This document shows, piece after piece, positions 1 to 9,700 of a stretch of DNA of 64,000 bases. Position 1 is the first letter of the stretch, and every line of letters begins with the position of its first letter. The stretch is taken from positions 28,017-92,016 of IMG/VR virus record IMGVR_UViG_2934356561_000002; one strand, given 5' to 3'. This stretch comes from a virus (lineage: Duplodnaviria; Caudoviricetes). The notes under the pieces are model-generated. The model saw only the letters and a list, made by a program, of their open reading frames with translations, made no database searches and had not been told where the DNA came from. A program made the translations under genes and the position numbers.

Positions 1-320
1 TCCTCGCCCACGACAGGCGCGCTTCCCTCTTCGAGGACGCCGCCGGTGGCGAACCCGCCCTTCGGCGCCGGGTCGGGGTCGTACACCCGGTACTCGGCGG
101 CGTCGGTGGGGACGTACACGTCCAGGTCACCGTCGTCACGCAGAACGCAGAAGGCGCCCTCTTGCCGAGGGTGCTCCTTGACCCACCGCTCGGTGGTGTC
201 GAGCGAGGCGATGGCGCGGACCTGGTCGACGTGGTCCTGGTCGACGATCCCGCAGTAGGTCGTGGTGGTCTCGAGGGTGTCGGGGTCTATGTGGTCGACC
301 GCAGCGTGGAAGGTAGTCAT
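1..320 (-). CDS. hypothetical phage protein (runs off window edge)
   Basis: ATG at 320 overlaps the upstream stop; open frame MTTFHAAVDHIDPD... with high-GC codon usage. Confidence 0.6.
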   Translation of the reverse strand, partial: MTTFHAAVDHIDPDTLETTTTYCGIVDQDHVDQVRAIASLDTTERWVKEHPRQEGAFCVLRDDGDLDVYVPTDAAEYRVYDPDPAPKGGFATGGVLEEGSAPVVGE

Positions 321-1141
321 GGGCGGACTCCGTCGAGTCGGGGCTGGATGATGTCGACCTGGTCGCGCATGGCCAGGTAGGTGGCGAGGGTCAGGCGGCC
401 ATCGCCGTGGTCCGCCCAGGAGGCCGACCAGGAGTTCCGGAATCGGATGACGGTCTGGTCCGGCAGCAGCTCGCCGTCTCGGAGGGCGACGGTCTCGAGG
501 GCGGTCACGCAGACTTCATGGCCACCTTCGAGCGGGGACGACGCCCAGTTCGGCTCCGCATCCACGAATCCGTTGCTGTCCGGCTCGGAGAACGCGGCGT
601 ACCAACTCATGCCCATGAGAACGGGCCCGGCCTGCAGGAGCGTGCACAGCTCCTCGGCCGTGGTGGCGTGCCCGTACTGGTCGATGAGGCCGCGGTCGCG
701 GAGGACCTTGGCGACGCCGAGGCCGGACGAGCCGACGTCCTGGCTGGGCCACTGGGCATCGCGCCACTGGTCGCGTTCGGTGGCGTCGGCGTACAGGCCG
801 ATCGCGTAGTGCTCGGCAGCGGTGGCGTCGCCCGTGTTCAGCCCGGCCCCGGTGGCCTGCTCCTTGTTCAGAAGGATCGACAGGAGCGCGGTGCCGGCGT
901 TGCCGGTGCAGGAGGACAGGGCGTCGACGTCCTCGTCGAGGCCGTAGTCCTGGGATGTGTAGATGCCCTGTGCGATGAGGTTCTGCTGGTCGAGGACGGG
1001 GATGCGCGGTTCCCACTCGGTGGCGCGGAGGGGTTGCCCGTCGTAGGGGCGCCGGTAGGCGAGGCTGCGCGGGTCCATGACCTGCTGCCGCCCGAGGTGC
1101 GGCGGCGTGTTGTACGTGCGGATCGTGAGATCGGTGGGCAC
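317..1141 (-). CDS. papain-like (C1 family) cysteine peptidase
   Basis: LDQ...SCTGNA (Cys), GGHEV (His), FRNSWSASWADHG (Asn) motifs. Confidence 0.8.
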   Translation of the reverse strand: MPTDLTIRTYNTPPHLGRQQVMDPRSLAYRRPYDGQPLRATEWEPRIPVLDQQNLIAQGIYTSQDYGLDEDVDALSSCTGNAGTALLSILLNKEQATGAGLNTGDATAAEHYAIGLYADATERDQWRDAQWPSQDVGSSGLGVAKVLRDRGLIDQYGHATTAEELCTLLQAGPVLMGMSWYAAFSEPDSNGFVDAEPNWASSPLEGGHEVCVTALETVALRDGELLPDQTVIRFRNSWSASWADHGDGRLTLATYLAMRDQVDIIQPRLDGVRP

Positions 1142-1301
1142 TCGCCCGTGCTCCTGCACTCCCCGCGCCCAGAGCTGATGGCTGGTGTGCTGCGCCGGCC
1201 GGGCCGGGTGGCAGTCCCTCGGGGGTGGAGCGTGGGCGGAGGGTCGCCCTGTGGATCAGCGTACGGGCTGGCGGGCCGGGTGTTGCCCCCGCTCGGACCC
1301 G

Positions 1302-1532
1302 CTACATGACCTCGGGCTGCGGATCGAGGCGGGTGGCGCTGGTGATCGTCATGAGCTGGGAGCACAGACCGCACTGGACGGTGATGATGTGGCCGTCGTT
1401 GGAGTACAGCTCCGCGATGTCGAAGGTCTTGCCGATGTTCTCGCAGTCGGGGTTGGTGTCGGTCACGGTCGCGGAGTAGTACGTGGCGGGTTCAAAGGTG
1501 ATGCCGTCGGCGACGGGGCTAGTGGCGGGCAT
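1302..1532 (-). CDS. small hypothetical protein (Cys-containing)
   Basis: AAGGA RBS; follows the tail fibre gene; contains CGLC. Confidence 0.65.
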   Translation of the reverse strand: MPATSPVADGITFEPATYYSATVTDTNPDCENIGKTFDIAELYSNDGHIITVQCGLCSQLMTITSATRLDPQPEVM

Positions 1533-1554
1533 GGGGATGTCCTTCCGTTGCTGG

Positions 1555-3753
1555 TCAGATACCGATGAGAAGCCACCACACGGTGGTGGTGCCTGTGTTC
1601 GTCCGGTTCAGCCAGACAGTGAGGCCGCCGGCCGACTGGCCGTTCGCGGAGACACCGAGGAGCTGGGTTCCGGGCACGCCGCTTGCGGCGGTGACGAATG
1701 CGCGGAATGTGGTGCCTGCGACGTTGAGGCCGGACACGAGGGCGGAGGCGGGAACGCTGCCGGTGGTCGTGGTGACGGTCACAGAACCGAACGCGATGTT
1801 CTGCGCGGTGAAAATGCCGTTGGCTGTGAGCGCTGCGGACCGCATGTAGATCTCGTCGCCCTTGACCTGCAGGACGGAGCTGGCTCCCCCGTCGCCGTTC
1901 TGTGCCCACAGTTCAAGGAGTGACGGCCCGGCCGCGGCTCCGTCTTTGCCGGTGATGTAGGCGTAGTCGCGCGTGCTGGACGTCGCGACCTTGAACTGGC
2001 CGCCCTTGCCGACGGCTGGTGACGTGAGGTCGAGGTGTGCGCTTCCGGAGTCCACGTAGGGGGCTTGCACGGCCGTCATCGGTTGGGGTGTTGCCCCTAC
2101 ATTGACGACGGTTGACCACAGCAGTCCGGGCGAGGTCTCTGCGGATGCCCCTGAGTAGAGAGCGAGCCCGGGAACGTTGGTGCCTCCCGCGCTCGGTCCC
2201 ATCTCGAGGCGTGTGCCTGTGGCGCCGGTGCGAACAGTGGACCCGGTCACGGTGGCGCCGGTGATGGTGCCACCGGTGATTGATTTCCCGGTGATGGCGT
2301 CGGCGGCGATCGATGCGGCGGTGACGGCCCCGTTCGCAATGTTGACGGAGTTGACGACGCCGGTCGGCACGGTTTCGACCGTGACCTGGTCGATTTGCAT
2401 GGTGCCGCCCGTTGCACCCGTCAGCAGGCGTACCGAGGGGCGGACGTAGCGAGTGCTGGAGTGCATTCTGCCGGGGGCGGTCGGTAGCGGGCAGGCCGTT
2501 GTCGTGCCGGTTGCGGCGGTGCCCTGCACATAGCCGGTGAACGTCGTCCACGAGGTGCCAACGTTGATGGTGACGCCGTTGGCGGCGATGTAGTGCTGCC
2601 CTGTGACCGCGTTGTTCGCCCCGGTGGAGCTGACTCTGGTGATGGCGTCGGCGGCCACTCCGACGAGACCGATCGATACGACTGGCGTGCCGGCTGTGGG
2701 GGCGGCCGTGGTACGGACGCGGGCAGTGACCCGGTACAGGGCGTCCGGGTCGTAAGGCGTGTTGTCGACGCGCTCGATGGTGACAGGGCCCTGGCCCTGA
2801 ATGACGGTACCGCCAGCCGCAGCGTCGGTGACGCCGGAAAGGACGGACCAGGTGCCGGCGCCGATCGTGGTCGCCCACAGGGTGGCATCACCCATCGAGT
2901 CCGTGATCTTTGTCGCGATGGACTGGGCGATGCCGACGGTCAGGGCGTTGGTGGTGACGGCCCCCGCGGCGATCTTCCCCGTGGTGATGGCGTTCGCTGC
3001 GACCTTGTCCGCGGTCACGGCGAGGGCATCGAGTTTCGCAGTGGTGACGGCCCCTGCCGCGATCTTTGACGCGTTGACGGCGTCCGTGTCGATCTGCGCA
3101 GCCTGAATGGCGGCGGCCACGATCTTCGGGGTCGTGATCGCGTTTTCGGAGATTTTTGTCGTGCCGATTGCGCCGGTCGCGACCTTCGCCGCAGTGACCG
3201 CGTCGTCCGCGAGCTTCACCGTGGTGACGATCCCATCGAGGATGTCCGTGGCAACCACCGCCGTCGGTCCGACCGGTCCGACCGTGCTGGAGGGGGCCGA
3301 GGCGGTGCCGGAGGTGCTGCGCGCCACGAGCTGTACGTACACCGGATCAGGTGTGGCAATGACGACGGTGCAGCCCTGGGCCGTCTCAACCGTGGCTTTC
3401 AGCGTGGCGGCGGTCGGAGTGTAGGCGGCGAGGGGCGAGGCGTGGACCTCTACCCGGGACCAGTCCAGCGGCATCAGCGCCCCGTCAGCGAACAGCCCGT
3501 CCCAGGACACGGTGACTCCGCCGAGGACTGACGTGACTATCGGGGCGGACGGCTGTGGCGGCGGCGGACCGTTGACCACGTTGACCGCGGTCGTGCCATC
3601 CCCTTGCTGGCCGACAATGCCCCGCAGAGATCCGTTGCCGTCTCGGACTTCGAGGGCGGTGTCGTCCAAGGAGGCGAAGGAGAGGCGGGCGGCACGCTGA
3701 AGGCGCTCGATGTCCTTCCTCATGCGGGCGAGCTCGGCACCGATGTCCGTCAC
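1555..3753 (-). CDS. tail fibre / receptor-binding-like protein
   Basis: GTG start overlapping the upstream stop; repeated AVTxxKIA low-complexity helical repeats, T/G-rich beta regions; position after the minor tail genes. Confidence 0.75.
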   Translation of the reverse strand: MTDIGAELARMRKDIERLQRAARLSFASLDDTALEVRDGNGSLRGIVGQQGDGTTAVNVVNGPPPPQPSAPIVTSVLGGVTVSWDGLFADGALMPLDWSRVEVHASPLAAYTPTAATLKATVETAQGCTVVIATPDPVYVQLVARSTSGTASAPSSTVGPVGPTAVVATDILDGIVTTVKLADDAVTAAKVATGAIGTTKISENAITTPKIVAAAIQAAQIDTDAVNASKIAAGAVTTAKLDALAVTADKVAANAITTGKIAAGAVTTNALTVGIAQSIATKITDSMGDATLWATTIGAGTWSVLSGVTDAAAGGTVIQGQGPVTIERVDNTPYDPDALYRVTARVRTTAAPTAGTPVVSIGLVGVAADAITRVSSTGANNAVTGQHYIAANGVTINVGTSWTTFTGYVQGTAATGTTTACPLPTAPGRMHSSTRYVRPSVRLLTGATGGTMQIDQVTVETVPTGVVNSVNIANGAVTAASIAADAITGKSITGGTITGATVTGSTVRTGATGTRLEMGPSAGGTNVPGLALYSGASAETSPGLLWSTVVNVGATPQPMTAVQAPYVDSGSAHLDLTSPAVGKGGQFKVATSSTRDYAYITGKDGAAAGPSLLELWAQNGDGGASSVLQVKGDEIYMRSAALTANGIFTAQNIAFGSVTVTTTTGSVPASALVSGLNVAGTTFRAFVTAASGVPGTQLLGVSANGQSAGGLTVWLNRTNTGTTTVWWLLIGI

Positions 3754-4850
3754 GAGACTCCTCCGTACTGGAATGAAGCGGCGGGCTTGAGGCTGATGAC
3801 GGCCTGGGGGCCGCCGGTGGCATGGGGTTTCACGGTCCAGCCGGTGATGCGGCACCAGCCGGTGTAGCTGGTCCATGAGTTGTGGACGCGGGTGTACACG
3901 TCGTCTCCGACTTGCCAGGACCCGAAGGGGGCTGCTGACGTGTTCCGGATGGTGATCTCGGAGACGGAGCCGAGGGTTTGCCGCCAGGCCCGTTCGGCGG
4001 CAGCGCGGGTGCCGAGGATGTCGGTGCCCTTGATGTCGGGGAGGTCCAGGGCGTGCTCCAGGCGGAGGCGGCCGTTGCGGACGGCGCTGATGGCGCGGCG
4101 CTTCGCGGACCCGTCGCCGGCGCCGTTCGCGATGACGACTTGGGCGTACTCGTCGGCGGCGAGCTCGATCTCCGGAGGCTCAATGATGTTCTGTCCGGAC
4201 GCGAAGCTGATGTCGGTGCGGCGGGCGCCGAGCCGCGGCCAGCCGAGCCGGATCCGGCGCACCGGTGCGGTTTTCGCTGAGTTCCAGGTGGTGGTGCACG
4301 TGTAGTCGGGGGTGGCGTCTCCGGACACCAGGTCGTCGACCGCGTCACCGAGGACGGGGAGCTCCCACCACAGGGACTTCAGCGGGTCGGCGGAGGTGCC
4401 GACGGTGGATGTGGACGTGGTGGAGTCGACGACGACACTGAGGTTCCCGTCGGTGACGGACTGGGCGTAGGCCCAGATGTCCCGGATCACTTTGCACCGG
4501 TCGGTGTAGGTGTAGGGGCCGCGGCCGCCGTAGTTGCCGTCGATGTCGTGCCGCCGCTGCAGGTACGACGACCACCCGGCGGCTTCGAGGGTGAGGGTGC
4601 TGTCCTGGGTACGGACGTCCCACACGAGCCCGCCCCACCGGAGCTGGCCGGCGGACTCCACGTAGATGAGGGTGGTGCCCGGGTCGATGAGGGTGGGGTT
4701 CTGGGCGATCAGGTGCGGCTCCAGCTTTCCTGTGAGGGAGCCGGGGCCATTGAGCTCGTCGCCGTACTCGATGTCGCCAAGCGGGAGGGCGAGGGACTGC
4801 CACTCCCCCGTCAGGGCGTGCTGGGTCAGGACACGGTCGGGGGCGGTCAC
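3750..4850 (-). CDS. minor tail protein (baseplate hub/Tal-like)
   Basis: Position downstream of Dit; LNGPGSL...WGG...GDDV pattern typical of actinophage minor tails. Confidence 0.75.
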   Translation of the reverse strand: MTAPDRVLTQHALTGEWQSLALPLGDIEYGDELNGPGSLTGKLEPHLIAQNPTLIDPGTTLIYVESAGQLRWGGLVWDVRTQDSTLTLEAAGWSSYLQRRHDIDGNYGGRGPYTYTDRCKVIRDIWAYAQSVTDGNLSVVVDSTTSTSTVGTSADPLKSLWWELPVLGDAVDDLVSGDATPDYTCTTTWNSAKTAPVRRIRLGWPRLGARRTDISFASGQNIIEPPEIELAADEYAQVVIANGAGDGSAKRRAISAVRNGRLRLEHALDLPDIKGTDILGTRAAAERAWRQTLGSVSEITIRNTSAAPFGSWQVGDDVYTRVHNSWTSYTGWCRITGWTVKPHATGGPQAVISLKPAASFQYGGVS

Positions 4851-5782
4851 CGGGGGGCCTCCACGAACTCAACGTCGTACACGAAGGTGGTGAATGTGCT
4901 GACGTTGATCCGGCCGGTGTTCCCGGAGGCGCCGTTGGCTTGGGCGCGCAGTAGCTGGGTGGTGCCTCGGTAGGCGGCGGGGATGGTGAGGGTGTCCGCC
5001 ACGATGGCGGGCAGCTTGCGGACGCCGGTGCCCTGGTTGTCGTCCAGGGAGATCGGCTGGAGGGTGAGGCTGGACCCGAGCGTGGCCTGCAACGCGCCGG
5101 TGTAGTTGGCGACGGAGTAGCGGATCGGGCTGACGTCGACTCGTGCCCGGATCTGGGTGGCCCAGTCGGGCACGTAGAAGCTCATGCCGGGTTCGGTGGA
5201 GAAGTAGGAGTACGTGGTCGAGGCGCCGATCAAGGCGCTGTCGGTGGTCGGTGAGTGGGTTTGCATCTGCCGGTCGCGTCGCGGGTTGGCCAGAAACCGC
5301 AGGTCCTTGATCATGGCGTCCGTGATCGTGGACGTGGACGCGGGAATGTCGATCCGGGCCAGGGGGATGCCGGTCCGGCCGTCGGGAATTGTTGTCGCGG
5401 CCGCAGACACGTTGCTGATGACCTGGAAGTAGTTGATCTGGTCGACGACAGGGTTGAGGGTGCCTTCGTACTCGGGGTCCTCGATGCGCAGGATGACCAT
5501 GTCGGAGCGTGCGGACCCGCCGGTGGCGGCGATCGGGACGGTGGCAGCGCCGATGTTGCAGACGGAATACGTGCCCTGGAAGGGGTTGACGCGGCCGCGG
5601 ACGACTCCGGACCCGTCTCCTACCTGGACGCTGGAACCGGGGGTGCTGAGCTGGGTGACCTTGAGGTCGGTGCCCTGCGTGATGCCCTCGGCGCCGGAGA
5701 CGAGGTCGCGGACCATCATGCGGAACTGCTGGGCACTGTGGGTGGCACCGTTGACGAGGATCGGCACGGGGAAAAGGGCCAT
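4847..5782 (-). CDS. minor tail protein
   Basis: RSDMVILRIEDPEY...IPLARIDIPA motif of actinophage tail proteins; synteny. Confidence 0.7.
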   Translation of the reverse strand: MALFPVPILVNGATHSAQQFRMMVRDLVSGAEGITQGTDLKVTQLSTPGSSVQVGDGSGVVRGRVNPFQGTYSVCNIGAATVPIAATGGSARSDMVILRIEDPEYEGTLNPVVDQINYFQVISNVSAAATTIPDGRTGIPLARIDIPASTSTITDAMIKDLRFLANPRRDRQMQTHSPTTDSALIGASTTYSYFSTEPGMSFYVPDWATQIRARVDVSPIRYSVANYTGALQATLGSSLTLQPISLDDNQGTGVRKLPAIVADTLTIPAAYRGTTQLLRAQANGASGNTGRINVSTFTTFVYDVEFVEAPR

Positions 5783-5794
5783 GGTGTGCGCTCC

Positions 5795-6700
5795 TCAGAG
5801 GGCGGTATAGGCGTCGCGCCAGATCAGGCGCAGGCGGGCGGTGTTCGTGTTGTCGAAGCCGGTCCAGCGCATCTCGGACTGGCCGGGCGGCAGGCTGAAC
5901 AGGTCGATCCGGGAGGCTGGGGACAGGAGGGTGGAGGCATTGCCGCCGGTCTCCCGCCGAACGGTGCGGTAGCCGGGCCGGGTATCGATCTGGATCCACT
6001 GGCTCGAGCTGGTGAGGTTCAGCGTCGGCAGGGACAGCTGCCGGCCGGACGCAACGTGGGTGATGGTGACCGTGGCGACGGGGCCGGTGATTCGGATGAC
6101 TGGCCACGCATCCCCTGTTCCCTCGTTGGTGACCCATCCCGGTCGGTCCGCGGCCGTCGTCCCGGACTGCACGTGGATCGGGGCGACCACGGGCGCCTTG
6201 AAACCGCCACCGGTCAGCCATCCCAAGGGGATCTCGGTGGTGGTTTGCTCGTCGGCGTAGAACGTCGGGTCGGTGGCGATGAACTCGATGTCGAGGGGGA
6301 CGTAGCCGTGAATGACCTGCTGGTACTCCGGGTCGAGTTTCCGGAGACGGCCGTGGAGTCGCTTCACTGGGCGGCCTGGCCGCAGGATCCGCAGTGGCAT
6401 CGTCGCCCCACCCGTCAGGCGTACAGCCGGGGCGTCCGCGGCGGCCTGCAGGGCGGCCACCACGTCGTGGCAGGCGCTAGGGTTCCCGGGGATACGGACC
6501 GCGGCGTCGATCTGGACCTGCCGGGCGGCGTAGTAGTCGGGGCCAGCGAAGACTCCGTCCATGGACGGCTGGTCGGCGTCGTTGTCCCGGACCGCGGGTC
6601 GGCCTAGCCCGGTTGTCTCGATGACCTGGACCGGCGTGCCGGCGCCCATGAGGACGCCCCCGAGTTCGTACTGCCAGTCCGTGAGCTCAAGCGGCGGCAC
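5795..6700 (-). CDS. distal tail protein (Dit-like)
   Basis: Immediately after tape measure; DGVFAGPDYY, FIATDPTFY, NEGTGDAWP motifs. Confidence 0.8.
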   Translation of the reverse strand: MPPLELTDWQYELGGVLMGAGTPVQVIETTGLGRPAVRDNDADQPSMDGVFAGPDYYAARQVQIDAAVRIPGNPSACHDVVAALQAAADAPAVRLTGGATMPLRILRPGRPVKRLHGRLRKLDPEYQQVIHGYVPLDIEFIATDPTFYADEQTTTEIPLGWLTGGGFKAPVVAPIHVQSGTTAADRPGWVTNEGTGDAWPVIRITGPVATVTITHVASGRQLSLPTLNLTSSSQWIQIDTRPGYRTVRRETGGNASTLLSPASRIDLFSLPPGQSEMRWTGFDNTNTARLRLIWRDAYTAL

Positions 6701-9700
6701 GGGCGTTCACCCCTCCCCTGCGCGCGCGCCGGACGCTGCGTCCGACCTGTGCGCCGATGTCCGACGCGCTGGCGCCGGTGCGTACGGCTGTGACGGTGAC
6801 GTTGGTGTCGCCGTCCTCGCGGATGATGACGACCGGGCGTGTGGCGCTCATGTCTGTGAGCCCGACTCCGAATCGGCCGGCGACGTCGCGGAGGACCTTC
6901 GTCGCGGCGGTGCGCTTCCCAGGGCCGAGGGGGATGAATGCCTCTCCCCCGGTGCTGGGCTCTGCGAAGGTCACGGCACCGCCGCGGGTGGCGTAGATGC
7001 CTTCCCGGATCCCGCCGTTGGCGTAGGACAGTCCCTTGTTGGCGCGGGCCAGGTCGGCGAGGAACTGCGTGGACCGCGATCCGAGGCTGCTCTTGATCTG
7101 GGCGGTGGCCTTGTTCGCGACGGTGATGATCTCGTCTTCGCCAAGGCCGGTGGTGTCGGCGACCGAGTGCAGGCCCGTCTTGGAAGTCTTCACCGCAGCG
7201 ATGATCTGGATGAGCTGTTCCAGTTCGTCCCCGGACAGCTGCTTGCCCGATGTTTTCGCCGCGGCGTTCGCAGAGCTGGCCTTGCCCTTGTTCTTCACGG
7301 CCTCGGCGGCGAGCTTCTGTGCTGCTTCGTCGCCCTGCCCGGCCAGCTGGGTGGCGAGGTCGCCGTACCCCATGGAGGCGAGCTTCGCGAGGTTCGCCTG
7401 GAAGGCGGAGGAGGTCTTGCTGGAGGCGTTGAGCTGCTTGGTGTAGTCCGCGAGGGACGCCTTGGCCAGCGGGCCGAGCTTCCGCAGGTTCGCGACGATG
7501 TCGTTGAACTGCTTCTTTGACGCTTTCGCCAGTGAGGCGACCAGCGCGGCGCCTTCTTCGCCGAGGTCCCGGAGCTGGTCGATGACATCGGCGCCGCCCC
7601 GGGTCGCGATCTTGGAGAGGTTCTTCTCGTACGCCGTATTCGCCGACACTGCGCTCTTCAGCGTCTTCTGCCAGTCGGAGAGGCTGAACGTCTTCTTGTA
7701 CCTGGACTCCGCCTTCCGGGCCGCATCTGTCGCCGTGGCCAGCGTGCGGCGGGCCTTCGCGACCCGGTTCTCGGCCGCCACCATCTGCGCGTGGGTGTGC
7801 TTCTTGCGGCGCAGCGCGGCAAGCGCCGCCTCCGCCGACCGGAGACTGTCGACCGCGTTCTTCCTCGCGCGGATCTTCTTGTTGTACGCGTCCTTGTCGA
7901 TCGGCTGGTGCGAGTCGGAGTACGCGGACTGGACGTAAGAGGTGTCCCGCCGCATCCCGGCCGGCGTGTAGGAGAAACCCCCGGAGTCGAACGCGACGAC
8001 GGCACCGTCCCCGTGCCACTGCACGGACTTCGGGTCGCCCCCGAGACGGCGGATCGTCTCCTCGGTGATGGCCCGGGACCGGCCACGCTTCGACGGGCTG
8101 AGGGGGATGTACGCCTCCCCGCCGGTCTCTTCCTCAGCCCAGACACGCCAGGCGCCGGCGGGAGCGATCTGTGCGGTGTGGTTCTCGCGGATCCCGCGCC
8201 GGTTGGTGCCGCCGTTGGCGTAGAAGTCGAGAACGCTGCCGCGGGCTTGGGGGGCCTGGACGTGGTCGGGGACGCCGTTGGCGTCCTTGTCGGCGCTGGT
8301 TGCCCTGTAGGAGAGGTAGACGCCGACGGTCTTGCCGTGGATGTTGTCGATGGCGGTCTGAATGATGCGGGCGTTGTACGTGGCGTCGCCGGTCGGGACG
8401 GTGATCGTGACGGTCTTGCCCTTGGTGTTCTTGATTTTGTAGCCGAGGGCTTCCAGGTTCTGGCGGGCTTCCTGGGTGGGCGCCTTGATGGAAAGCGTCT
8501 TGCCCTTGGTGGCCCGGACCTTGTCCTGGATCGTCTGCAGCTCCGCTTTAACCTTGCCGGTAGGCGCGGAAATGGTGAGAGTCTTGCCGTTGGTCTGGCC
8601 GAGCTTCGCGATGAGCAGGTCAAGGTCCGTGCGGGCCGCCTTCGTCGGGGCCGTGATCTTGTATTCGCGGGTGCCCGGGATCAGCTCAATCTTGTAGCCG
8701 ATGTCCTCGAGCTCTTTCTTCGCCTCGTCCCCGAGGGCATCGACCTTGATGGTCTTCTTGTCAGGGAACCGCTCGAACTCGGCCTGCACGCCAAGCAGCT
8801 CTGCGAGGACGGTGTCGACGCCTTCGGTCTGCAGAAGGATCGACACCCGGCCAGGGATGAGCCCCATGGCGTCCGCGACCCCGGCAGCCTGCTTCTTACT
8901 CAGCCCGTACCCCTCACCGAGCCTGATCGCCTCGTCTCGGGCGCGCTGCATCTCCTTCGTCGCAGCCTGGATCGACTGCGGAACGGTCTTGCCCTGAGAC
9001 TGCGCGAAGTCGTACGCCTTCACGGCCGCAGTGGTCGAGCTGTCGGCGATCGTGTCGAGGGTGCTGAACAGCTGCTGGCCGTTCTTCGTGGTCGTGCTGA
9101 GGGCCCCGTTCGCACCGATCAGGGCGTTGCCCCAGCCATCGGCCTTGTCGATCCCGGCGGCCATGGCCTCGTTGGCGTTGGTGACGGCTTCGTTGACTCG
9201 GGCTTGGGCGGCTTGGAGGCTGACGGATCCGCCGGAGAGGAGGTCGAGGGCTTCGCGCAGGGCGCGGGTGCGGGAGTCGGCGTCGGCGGTCTTGCTGGCC
9301 AGGGCCCCGACCGCGTCCTTCAGGCGGGTGTACGCGGACGTGTTACCGGCACCCTTCACGCCCTCGTTGAATGACTTGGCGTCGGCCGCCGCCTTCGCAA
9401 AGTCTCCGCCGAGCCCACCGAGCGACTTCCGGAGGTCGTCGGCGGCCCGGCCCTGGTCTGAGTACGCCTTGCCAGATGCGCCAGTCCCGTCGGGGCTGTT
9501 GTAGTAGAACTCAGAAGCCTTAGCAACCCCCAGCAGCCGCTCCTGAAGATCCTTCAAGGAGGAACCCTGGTTGGTGTAGGCGTCGACCAGGTCCGACATG
9601 GGGATTTTCGCCTCGCGAGCGACGTCAACGAGCCGTTGCTGTCCATCCGCCCACGTGTCGATCTTCTTTGACATCAGGTTCTCGGTCGCGATCGCACGCA

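Noticed and set aside
2900-3260. Repetitive DNA in the tail fibre gene
   Set aside because: Explained by AVTxxKIA protein repeats; not an array, and no reverse transcriptase or template repeat of a DGR was seen.
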